From: Paramecium tetraurelia | Taxonomy: Eukaryota | Assembly (NCBI GenBank): GCA_000165425.1 | Contig: CT868552.1 | Location: 62,001-126,000, forward strand | Reading direction: 5' to 3' | Length of the DNA stretch: 64,000 nucleotides | In this document: one piece after another, positions 1 to 11,256 of the stretch | Numbering within the stretch: position 1 is the stretch's first letter | How the letters are laid out: each line of letters begins with the position of its first letter | Made by a program: the position numbers and the translations under genes | The notes under the pieces: generated by a model | Seen by the model: only the letters and a program-made list of their open reading frames with translations | Told to the model about the DNA's origin: nothing | Database searches by the model: none

Positions 1-1766
1 AAAACAAGTTTCAAGGCAAAAAATAACATCCAATGGTTAATCCACTTGGGAGTCATCATACTGACATTAATAACATGTGTGATTGTGTTTTCTTTGAATT
101 TGACAGGCAAAAACGTTGATGGGAAATGCTCTATAGTTACATCTCTCTTAGCGGAGTAAATTAAATAATTTTACTTAGTTATGTCATTACCTTAGGATAT
201 ACATTGACAATTTTAATCTACATTTCAATTGGCGGATATTCGATCTACTATATCAAGAAGAATATCCCAAATTAATATAAGGAGAGAGCACAAAAATTCC
301 TGAAATTCAGTATTATCTACTTCCTGACCTACCTCATTCTGATATTCGCAGCATAATTGGTTGAATTATTAGCTAGTTTGAGTTGTACTTATCAATGGAA
401 CATGAACTTGAATGCCATGTACGACACAGCAGCATTTTTTGATATCATGATATTAATACTTTTACCTATTATTAGAGTAAATGATCCTTATACTAAAAGA
501 ATATTGCTCAAGATGTTTGGGTATGGACAGAAACAAAAATAAATAATTGAAGAGAATGAACTTGAATTGTCGAAACACAATAGCAGTGTTGATTAGGATC
601 TGAGTATTTTGACTAGTGGTATTTCGTAGATTCGATAATCTGAATTAATTATCAATAGAGAGAAATCTCAAACAGACGATAATCCTTTTGTTAGTGTTCT
701 GCAAAATAAAAAGAGAGGATAAATTATGTGCAAAATGATAGCAGGACTTCAAATTGATTAGTATTCTAAATACAATTCATTGGAGGTTGAGATCATCAAT
801 CAAAAATCTGATAACATCTACGAGGAAAGAAAGATTTACAAATTCAATAATGATTAAATCATTACTACCATGCCTTATAATTTGTGTTAAGATTTTGTGT
901 CTTTGGTAGAAGACTTCCCACAAATCAAAGTAGTTTCCTACACTCCAATTATATTTCATGCTATTATGAATAGAGAGAAGGAGAAATTGAACATCTACGA
1001 GTCTCTTGATATCAACAATAATTTTGAGAAGATTACGAATGCCAGTAAGAATGAAGGTGGAAAGTCAGGCTAGTTTTTCTTCTATTCCCAAGACAACCAA
1101 TTGATTATCAAGACTGTCACTCAACAAGAATTGAAAATCATCCTAACTATGCTGAAAAATTACTTTTAGTATATATTATCCAATCCAAATACTTTGATCG
1201 CTAAAATCTATGGTGTCTACACATTTGAATAGGAAAACCAAAAGAATATCAACATTATTGTTATGAGAAATATTGCTCAGACTTCAAACACATTTAGAAT
1301 CTACGATCTAAAAGGTTCTAGTTATGACAGGGAAGTTGCTAAAAAAGATACGAATCTATAAAAAGTTGTACTCAAAGACTTGGATTTCTTGAATATTGAA
1401 AAATATTTATATATCTCCTAAGAAGATGCCAGCTTAATTGCAGAAAATGCTATAAAAGATTCGAATTTCTTTAAGTCTCAAGGATTGATTGATTATTCCT
1501 TAATTGTTTTCAAGATTCTAAATGAGCAAAATCCAGATCTTATTCCCAAGAAGAAGGCCAATATATTTATGTGTGATGATGTTAGGTATAGATATCACAT
1601 TGGAATCATCGATTATTTATAGGAGTATAATGTGCAGAAGCAATTTGAGAAGTATACCAAAAAGATTATTAAACTCAATTAGAATTTGGATACTAGTTCA
1701 CAAGACCCTAAAATATACGCCAATAGATTCTAATAGTTCATAAGAAGAATTACCAAAATTGAATGA
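1..1766 (+). CDS. 7TM (GPCR-like) domain fused to phosphatidylinositol-phosphate kinase (GPCR-PIPK); 5' end outside window
   Basis: Code-6 translation shows four hydrophobic helices (WLIHLGVIILTLITCVIVFSL; YVITLGYTLTILIYISIGGYSIYYI; FSIIYFLTYLILIFAA; AAFFDIMILILLPIIR) with a G-x-CSI loop, followed by the PIPK motifs GGKSGQFFFYSQDNQLIIKT, TLIAKIYG, YDLKGS, LKDLDF, DYSL, IGIIDYLQEYN; intron ~156-178; TGA 1764-1766. Confidence 0.88.
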
Positions 1767-1806
1767 TATTATTTTATACTTTCATTATAAAATTTATTGT
1801 TAAATT

Positions 1807-3331
1807 ATGAATACTAATTGTTTGGACTTAATGGATTTACTCGATCTAAACCAAACAGAATCGAATACCATTCTATTAGAAAACTACTCACAACATCAAA
1901 AGATTCCATCCCGCAACACCTCCATGGCTCCCACAAACAAAACTATATCTACCAGATTATATTCCTAAGTGAGTTCCAGAAAATAAACTTAAGAAACTGG
2001 CTATCGTAGTATTGCCTACTCATTCCAAATTTCAAGGACTGAATAAACCAAATAAAAGCAAAGATCCATATCCTTCACTCCTAATTTGGATTAAATGCAA
2101 TAGTCCTTTGAAAAAATGGAATTAAAGATGAATAAGTTTCAATTATCCCAACCAGATAGGATTGATCAAAAATACATGATCACTGGCTTTCTATCAATGT
2201 TCTAAGATTATTAAAATATTATAAAAGTCATCAAAATGTAGGCTTAGGATTTGAATGCCTCCTTGTAGTCCTACAATAATAACTATTATGAATAGGCCTA
2301 TCGAGTAGATTCATACTTTTAGAAGAATTCACAGTTGCTGACTACGAATGTGTTTAAGTATTATAAAATTAAGGAAAGTCTTTATCGATTCTTGAGAATG
2401 GGCATTCAGGTAATCATAAATTCTTAATTAAGGAACCGTATAATCAAAGGGTCTAAAAGAAAATAGATTTATTGGAAAAGCAAAATCATTTATTTGAATA
2501 TTTTAAAATCTACCTAGAATTATTCAAATTCATTAATCAAAAGGCTTTTGATTGCTTTAAAAAAGACTTAATCTTTATACACAGTTTATAATAGTCAACT
2601 TCACAACTCAATTTTGGTGACTCATTTTTTAAATAGATTTAAGAATTTAAACATAAAATTTTGATAATCTCATCAACACAAGAAGCATCAATTCTGAATA
2701 GGATCTTTCTTAATAAAATAGATGAAATCTAATAATGGATTCAATTGATCTTGAAGATGGCAAACTTTAAATATGTTTATTATATAAAATATTTACTAGT
2801 TTCAAAATCATAATTAAAAAAAATAATTAAAAGCAAAAAGCTTTTTGATCAGATCACTCCATTATTAGAAGAGGCTGAGTAATATCAAGCCAACACTTCA
2901 ACCTTAAACATCCTTTATAAAGATGAAATACATAAATTTGTATCTGAGTTTAATCAAATTAAAACTTAAATTATAGATTGGAATGTTCGTCTAAAAGAAG
3001 ATCCATTATGTCAATTGGTACTTGTACTGATTAAAATGAACTTAAAACTTGAGAGAGTAAATAAAAATCTTCAGATCTTAAATGCGGTAATGTATTCTGT
3101 TCTAAATTTAAGCTAAGAGAATCTGATGATTTTGATTCGGAACATCTATCCTAAGAAGTAGACATGGTACAAAAATTGAACGACTAATTATTAATTAATA
3201 GCCATATTATCAATTAAATTAAATAACATCCTGATATCAAATATGATGAGTACATTTAATATTAGTACAATAAATTTATTATTTTGAAAGACTATTTTTA
3301 GAATTTATAATATGAATTTGATGTTTAATGA
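1807..3331 (+). CDS. hypothetical protein (several tiny introns)
   Basis: ATG 1807, long TGA-free code-6 frames joined by GT..AG introns of ~23-31 nt; no motif recognised; 3' end uncertain. Confidence 0.6.
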
Positions 3332-3490
3332 GTATGTTATTCTATAAAGATTATTTGATTTTATGTAATATCTTTAATCATATGATTTGTATATTTGTAT
3401 ATAATAATTATGCATGATCAAATATTATAATTAAAATACAAGATCACTTTTTAAATGCAATAAATAATTTAAATAAATATATATAATTAT

Positions 3491-3502
3491 AAACCCATAA
3501 AA
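3491..3502 (+). promoter_or_regulatory. ciliate snRNA upstream sequence element (AAACCCATAAAA)
   Basis: Lies ~52-63 nt upstream of the U2 start; resembles the ACCCATAAA-type element described upstream of Tetrahymena snRNA and telomerase RNA genes. Confidence 0.7.
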
Positions 3503-3553
3503 TAATAAAATTAATAATAATATTTAAAGGAAATAAAAAGACGATTAAATTTC

Positions 3554-3741
3554 ATACCTTCTCGGCCTTTTGGCTAAGATCAAGTGTAGTATCTGTTCTT
3601 ATCAGAGTGATATCTGATATCTCCTACGAGGAGAATGATATCACTGCAATTTTTAAATGGGGCTGGGTTTACTTGGGGCTTGCCCCGGTCCCAGCATAGT
3701 CGACCCTGACTTACACGACCTCGGGGAACGGCTAACCCGCT
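3554..3741 (+). ncRNA. U2: U2 spliceosomal snRNA
   Basis: 5' ATACCTTCTCGGCCTTTTGGCTAAGATCAAGTGTAGTATCTGTTCTTATCAG is the conserved U2 5' end, including the branch-point-pairing GTAGTA; Sm-like AATTTTTA at ~3648; GC-rich stem-loops III/IV; ~188 nt. Confidence 0.97.
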
Positions 3742-3926
3742 ACTTTTTAATTTAAACAAACGAAATTTATTATTATATATCAGGGTGACCATTGAAACTT
3801 GGGGCAAAGATTTATCTGGATGGAGAATCGACTGTCCTTTTGGTAGTGGATGGAAATAGAAATAAATTTTGGAAGCAATTGAATAGCTTGAAATGTGATT
3901 TTGATATTAAATAATAAATATTTGCA

Positions 3927-4832
3927 ATGTTTCGTATGTTTGATCCGATGTATTAGTCGATGAACTAGATCCTGGAGGAAAATGGGAATATCTTATGGTT
4001 GGGAGATTGCACTGCTGCATATGATAGAAGCTTGTTGGATGCGAGAGGAATTAAGACAGTTTTAACAGTAGCTGCAGGATTAAATGTGTCTTATCCTGAA
4101 GGTGGAATAGTGCACAAAGTAAATTAGATACATATGTCAAAGGTTTATCACATTTTGGATATTGAATCAGCTAACATCGCTAGGCTTTTTGGGGATACTT
4201 GTAATCAGATTGCAGAGGGATTGAAACGAGGAGGTGTATTGGTTCATTGTGCAGCGGGAGTGTCAAGATCAGCGTCTGCAGTGATTGCATATATAATGAA
4301 GACCAGAGGGTTGAGTTTTTAGGAAACCTTCAATTATGTAAGAAAGCGTAGAAGTGTGGTATTCCCAAATTATGGATTTCAAAGATAATTAAGAAATTAT
4401 GAGAAAGATCTCAAAACTATAAAAGTGAAAGAACCTCAAGGAGTTGAGATGTCAATCAAATAGACACAAAAAAAGCCTTAAGAAACTGCAATGGAGAAGC
4501 ATGAGTAATTCAGTATTTAGTATTTGGAATAGAAAGCAAAACTCCTCTTAAAACCTGCATCAGGTAATCCAGCATTCAATACTGGTTATTCAACACCATA
4601 AAAATAGTTGTAGAAGTAGAGGATGTTATATCAATCTGCGAAGGTGGGAAGTCAAGAGCCAAAGTAAAGTTCAATAACATAGAGTTCTACCAGAGCTAAT
4701 TCCTCAATGAAAAACAACATATTTGAACCATCATTCAATCAAACATATTAAGGCCCTTAGATAGTGACATACTAAAGAAACAAACTAGTAGAGAAAATGC
4801 CAGACATCAAGAAGAAGACTTTTTATAAGTGA
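3927..4832 (+). CDS. dual-specificity protein phosphatase
   Basis: LWLGD, IKTVLTVA, VLVHCAAGVSRSASAVIAYIM, VFPNYGFQRQL; intron 4119-4142; TGA 4830-4832. Confidence 0.93.
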
Positions 4833-4971
4833 AGATTAAATATATTTAATTAATTTATCCTCCCATATATATATATATGATTGAGAATGACTAGAGGTTT
4901 TATTATATATAAAATAGCCTAAAAAATCGATTGATTTAATTAAATAAATACAAACAATTTCCACCACAAAC

Positions 4972-5411
4972 TCATTCATTTTGTTTCTATCTCATATCAG
5001 CAAGTACGTTGAATACTTTAACCAAACCTTTAGCTGCAATAACCTTCAACTCTCTTTCTTGATCTCTATTGGTTGACACTCTTGGATCAACATGTCCTTT
5101 TTCTACTACAGCCCTACTATGTTTAATTTTTCTAACTTTTTAATGCTTTTCTTTATGCCAATTTCTTTTTGTTTTTATTTTTCACCAGTGAGTTCGTTCA
5201 ATATTTTTTGTTTGTCTGCCATAATTGCCTTCTCACTCTTAACATCTCTCTTAATCACTCCAGACAACAATTATTTTAATGATTGTTTCGTTTATTATTG
5301 CACTTCTTCTTGTTAACTTTCATGTTCCTCCTAATGCTCATCCTCATCCTCTGCATCAAATTTCTTGATCAGATTCTTAACCTTCTTAGATTTGATTTGT
5401 CTATTCAGCAT
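4972..5411 (-). CDS. Rrp15-like pre-60S ribosome biogenesis factor
   Basis: MLNRQIKSKK... ending GHVDP...ERELKVIAAKGLVKVFNVL, resembling the Rrp15 signature ERxLRKIAxRGVVxLFNA; a 20-nt intron restores frame. Confidence 0.7.
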
Positions 5412-5435
5412 TTTTTTATATACAATAATAATTTA

Positions 5436-6555
5436 TCACAAATCATCTTTATCATAATAAGCATCTTATAAATCTGCTGGATCAAAATACTTCATTTTTC
5501 CTTAAATTACTGAAGTGTGATTTTGCCTTGCTTTAATTTCTTAACTATGTTTTAATCCCTAAAACTAACATAAAATATTTATGCTTTCATCTCTTATTCA
5601 TGTTATTTACATTCTTTCTAATAGATTTAATATTTTCTTGTTTTTTAGAGACTTATTATTAAGGATTGTATTATCTTTTCTACTAATTTCTTATCCTTAT
5701 TTTCCTAAGAATTGTTTTCTTGGCTTTAATGAAGTGCTTTATTGAGATCTAAATTTAAACAATATTTGTTGTTTATGCAGTTAGTAAATGCGAATAATTT
5801 AATGTTGGTTTGCCATTTTCTCTAATATCTTTCTCAGAAGTAACTAACTTTAAAAATTTCCCTTTCAACTATTAAAATTGACAATCAAAATGAAGTTAAT
5901 TCATTTCATATTTGATCTTCCATTAGATTGACTAATCTCATTCTATATTTTAAAATATGATAATAATTTCTAATTTTATGGCATCGTATCTTTAGCATTA
6001 ACCTTAAATTATACTGGATTCCTTAATACTCTATTTCATTAAATCATGTATTAGAAGTCGTTACTCATTTTTGCCTATCTGCTTCATCAAATATCAAATA
6101 TTCTTAAGTTGTGACATTAATTTACAAATCAGCCATATCTAACAACTATCTTAACTTGCCAAGCGTAGCTATGAGTATATTACATCCATTCTCATTTAAA
6201 TATTTGACATCGTGTTCATTCGAAGTCAAATATAATCTTGTCTTAATTCACAACTTAAAACTTCTTTGCAACATCAAAAATTTAATGTGCCAATTCTCTT
6301 GTATGTGACAATCTCAAACCAAATAGTTGATAATCTGAGTATTTCTATTTTGAGAATTGATTAAACAATGAAACCAAAAGTGTTAAAGTTTATCCTCATC
6401 CTGTTTAGGCTTCAACAGCAACATCATAATTTTTATGACATGTGGAATCGCGGCTTTTAAACAGGCATCAAGTACTAGAATTTAAACTCATCTGCTATAA
6501 CTTTTTGAATTATTGGCTCTAGATTCAATTCAGACCATTAAATTGAAGTTGTGAT
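5436..6555 (-). pseudogene. degenerate DEAD-box RNA helicase (Spb4/DDX55-like)
   Basis: Q-motif region LMPVQK/AAIPH/NYDVAVEAQTG broken by frameshifts; Walker A reads G-TGA-G-Q-T (TGA at 6396-6398) instead of GSGKT; LIFDEADR retained but followed by another TGA; no ATG at the expected position. Confidence 0.8.
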
Positions 6556-6585
6556 AATTATTGAGAGAAGTGTATATAATAATAT

Positions 6586-7074
6586 TCACTCATTCTCAAC
6601 TGTGCTCCAATCGAAATCAACTCCTTTTTCTAAGAATTCCCCTAAACGATTAGCTTTATGTGCACGAGTCATCAATTCCATCCCTTAATGATATTACTCC
6701 ACACCAAACTGATATTTCTCTGTCATGTCATGAAAGGTCTATTCTACATCTCTACAGAAATAGTTTTTTGTTATTTAAAATGACATCATCGGTAGAACTC
6801 CATATTAGAATAAGAACTTCGTTGGTTTGAATGAACTTCTTCTAAATAAGGTTCTATCCAATGTCAGCATTAAGCAACTCATGCTTAAAAATGCACTATA
6901 TGTACGCGCTTTTTCTAAAAATTCAGCTTGTTGACAATCTTGCACATCTTCTTGAGAAATCAAACCAAAGCAATTATTGTATTGATAGAAATACTTGAAT
7001 ACTTTTATTTTGTCATTTTCATCTAGATAGTTTTTTTTGAATTCTTCAAAGTTTGTAAGTTTTAAATTTTTCAT
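6586..7074 (-). CDS. hypothetical protein with two short hydrophobic segments
   Basis: Clean 162-aa code-6 ORF MKNLKLTNFEEF...FDWSTVENE*. Confidence 0.75.
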
Positions 7075-8057
7075 ATTAAATTAATGATTATCATAAATTT
7101 TTACAATAAATTATTCAAAAATCATATAACTCGTTTTTAATTCGTCTAATGAAAAACAATAATTAAAAAATCTTAGATATTTCTTTGACTATTATATGAG
7201 CAAGTAACATGTCAAATAACTCATTCATTTCCTGAAATTATTACTCTCTTACTCTGAATTTCAATTTTAGATACGTCCATTCTCAATATAACATGATTTA
7301 TAGAAAAATATTGATAAGAACTTGTTGATAATCCAATCAAGCAGCTTTTGGTTAAGCCATCGTATATAATACCAAATGATTGGGATCTAATATTTTGATA
7401 CTAATATGATATTGTATGATACAACTTTGATTAAATATTAATGTTTTCTTAAAATTATATCTATTTGTAAAACTTCATTTATCATAGGATATGAATAAAG
7501 AATTTTTATTAAACACCATCTGTTTGATCAATCATTTAGTCTTAGTATTTTATACATAACATCCTTAATTATAAGGAAATCCTTTAGCACCTTTATACAT
7601 TGCAATCCTCTAATTTGTAAATTATTTAAGAATAATATTAAGAATAGAATTTTAATCATGATAAGTATGACTGTTGCTATTTAAAATTAGAGCTGTGAAT
7701 ATAAATGAAGCACTGAATTGAATAAATTTCAATAATTTAATAAATATTGAAAGGAAGTACCAAAAAGATAAAAAATTTGATTTCCACTAGACTTCCTTTT
7801 GAAAGATCCAATTAACCTTGTAGCTCCTGTTAAAGTTATGAATTTTATAAAAGTAGAGATAGAGATTTTTGGAATCAAAATTGTTCATTTTATTTATCAT
7901 CACTATTGTTATCTTTAGTTGAGAAAAATTGACGCTTACTTTTTACCTTTCATTATTTTAATTATAGCTTTAGAATTAGATGCTACAGTTTGCTCAAATT
8001 CTTGATTCAACTAATGATTCAATTTGTGTAATTGTTTGACTTAATTTTAATATAATA

Positions 8058-10286
8058 ATGTAAAAATTAATAGAAAATGAATTTGACGTTGATTGTGCTT
8101 ATTAGCATAGGCTTCCAATATGTGCTATACTATAGGATCCTAATTTAAATATAAAAGATAGACTTTTATGCCAATAATGCATATTAGATATAGACAAAGA
8201 GAAAACTATTTTAGGGTGGAGAAAAGTTCAAGACAATGTGCAATCTCATATAATGGAAAAGTAACGAATTAATTCACAACTTATTTCTCCTCTTTTACCA
8301 TTGGTGAAACAGGTGAAAAGTAATATTGAGTTTTTAAAGGACTCCATCATGAAAGAATTTAGAATGATAGAGGAAACATTAGAGGAATGGTAATTAGAAT
8401 TGTCAAAGGAAATTAAATTATTAGATGGTAAATAATTTATTAGTGAACTGGAATATATTTTTGGAAATTAATTAACAAAGATCAGTTTGGATGAAATCCT
8501 AAAAAGAGACTTGAATTAACTAAACTCAATTACCATTTCTAAAGTTTAATCAAAATTAAATTTCTTTAAAGAGTTTGAATAATACAAAATATGCTCAAAT
8601 ATATTAAATTCGATTGAGGAGGAAAATTTTTCATTGTAAATCAATTAATCAATTGATGAGAAATCGAATGAACTTGATAATTAGAAAAATATATTATCAG
8701 ATTCAACTTAGATTTCCCATATAAATTCTTATACTACTCAATAAAGCTAAATATTTTAATAAGAATAGTCGCCTTAAAGTAAATAAATCAATTAAGATAA
8801 TATGTGTAATGTATAACAATTAAATTAATAATAAAATGTGGAATAGATTTAATTGAAGGAAGGATTATCCTTACCTTTAATAAAATTAGTAACCACTAAA
8901 GATGGAGATCCGTAGTATTAATATTATGGATAATAACTGAATAATTCCATTTAATATAGGAATATTCTTTTTATTGGATAAAGAGATGAAGGAAAGACAA
9001 CATTATTAAATGCATTTGTTAATTATTATTTCGGAATTGCTTGGGATGATACATTTAGACTAATTGTTGCAGATTAAGAGTAAACAACTGAAATATCACA
9101 TTACTATATTGAACCTTTTAATTAAAGAAATTATGGAGTACATTTGATAGATACACCTGGTAATTATGGCTAAGATGACAACTATACTATAAATAAAGTA
9201 TCTAATTTTTTATATGATAATTAAAATACAATTGATATTATTATTGTATGTATAAAGGCATACAATGTAAGACTTACAGTGGAAGCATAATAAATATTAT
9301 AATCACTTGTTTAAATAATAGGAGAACAGCTAGCCAATAAAATTATTGTTGCTCGTACATTTTATTCAGGAGAGGATGTCGATCAATCAATATTAACATC
9401 AGAATAAAGCCCATTTTATAACCTATAGACATCCCTATGTTCAGATTATAATCTTGAATTTAATAGTATGTCCATAATTAAAATAACAAAAAATAAAAGT
9501 GCAAAAGTATATTATAATATTAGCATTGAAAATTTAAAAAAAATTGAAAATAAATTGTCAATTGATTTTTCATCTTTTAATAATTAGAAAAATTAAAATC
9601 CTACATTTTTTCCACTAAACAATTAAGTTTCACTCTTCGATTGTTAATCAGAAACACTATTTCAAGATTTATAAATTTAAAAAGGAGATTGTGATAGATA
9701 ATATTAACAAGTATATTAGGATAGCTATAGGCAGTTAAGAACATTGTTTATGCAATGCCTGAGGGCTGGTGCTTATAAGCAAAGTTCATATAAATTGTCT
9801 AGGGTAGATAAAAAAAGTTAATATTATTAATTAAATTGTAATTAATGTAATATTACTTGTTTTTCAGGATTCAAAGATGAAAAAGCTGCAGAAGACTTTT
9901 TTAGTAAGGAGCTAAATGGCAAATCTTATTGCGAACATTCAAAACCTACTATAACTATAGAGAATAAATAAATAACATATTTAGAAGACCGGAGTTAATA
10001 AATGCACCCTAATACTTATAGAAATTCAGCACTCCTAGTGTTCAGGCTTTTAATAAAATTATTTTAACTGAAAGAAAACAATAATGAATAAATGAATGAA
10101 ATCTAATTTATAGAAATATTGAAGAATGAAGAACAATAAGATTATAGAATATTAGAAAAATTTTCAGCAGAATAATTTTCTCCTCCTAATAATAACAAAT
10201 TTCTCAACCCCCAGCAATAGAAAAGCGCATTACCCACCTAATTTAACAATTAACCACAAAATCAAAAAAAAACTACAAGAACATGA
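8058..10286 (+). CDS. AIG1/septin-like TRAFAC GTPase with N-terminal Cys/His module and coiled coil
   Basis: ATG..TGA span of 743 codons; N-term CAYQHRLPI...RLLCQQC; G1 ILFIGQRDEGKTTLLNAFVNY; G3 LIDTPG; later IIVCIKAYNVRLT and C-terminal CNQCNITC. Confidence 0.75.
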
Positions 10287-11256
10287 TCAATCAATAAGTA
10301 TATATGTTCACATATTTTATAATTTTTGTAAAACAACTGCGAATTATCATTTTAATCCAGAATTTTTTGAACCATCCAGTCAAAAATTTATAGAATCTTC
10401 AAATGATTATGATTTATTAGAAAATTTTATTTTTTTTTCAACACATTGTATTCAGGAAATTCAATTATCGTTAAGCTATTTATCCTAGGATTATGGACTA
10501 TCAAAACAGATTATTTGTCACCTTTTAAACAAAAACTCATGAGAAATGAAATTAAATATTAATCAACCACATAAGAAAATAGAATAATAACTGATTAAGT
10601 AGCTAATTCAATATATCTCTTCCATTTATAAGAATAAGCAAATTTCATTTATCTATAGGTTTTGAGATTGAATTATAAAGAACATTTAAGCAAAACTTTT
10701 AGACCGGAATTTACTTAATGATATAAATTTTAATTAAATGAAAGAGATAATTAAATGTTTTTTAATAATAGGGTAATTTATGATTATTTGATGATCAAAT
10801 AGATATTTTGATTTCAATGAATCTATACTTTATTTATTTTGACTATACTTAGAGATTAGCAGTTTAATAATTAAACGATATAGCTATCAATAGAGGAAGG
10901 AGAACTGATTAATAGAATTGTTATGTACATGTAATTCAAATAAGATAGTGAATTCAAGCTTAAACCTTACCTTTAAATTTTATAGTGTAAAAGATATGAA
11001 AAAATATTTTGCAAGGAATTGTAAAAATAACTCTAATTTCTGAAAACTAAGGAAAGTATTTTATAAAATAAAATTAGCCAGCTCCTTTTTAAAATTTATA
11101 ATACTTAAAAATTAGATTTAGCCTATGATTTTATGTTTCTTATATATGTCAAAGATAGCTCATTAAAAATAAAGAATTGCTAATGTAAATCAACATGATT
11201 TGATTATTAATATTGATATTAAATAAGATATTTATGAAATTATTAATTGTAATAAA

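Noticed and set aside
3580..3807. 75-aa minus-strand ORF in the supplied track
   Set aside because: Antisense to U2 snRNA; an artefact of its GC content
4865..4878. (AT)7 run between convergent genes (similar run at ~52768-52780)
   Set aside because: Short dinucleotide runs are expected in DNA this AT-rich
6396..6398. In-frame TGA in the helicase as possible selenocysteine or readthrough
   Set aside because: Replaces the Walker A Ser and co-occurs with frameshifts and further stops; pseudogene decay is the simpler explanation
7196..7708. ~170-codon TGA-free plus-strand frame
   Set aside because: With a single stop codon in G-poor DNA such lengths arise by chance; no motifs recognised; may be a remnant of a lost gene
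10306..10721. ~140-codon TGA-free frame after the GTPase gene
   Set aside because: Very AT-rich with no recognisable domain; not distinguishable from chance
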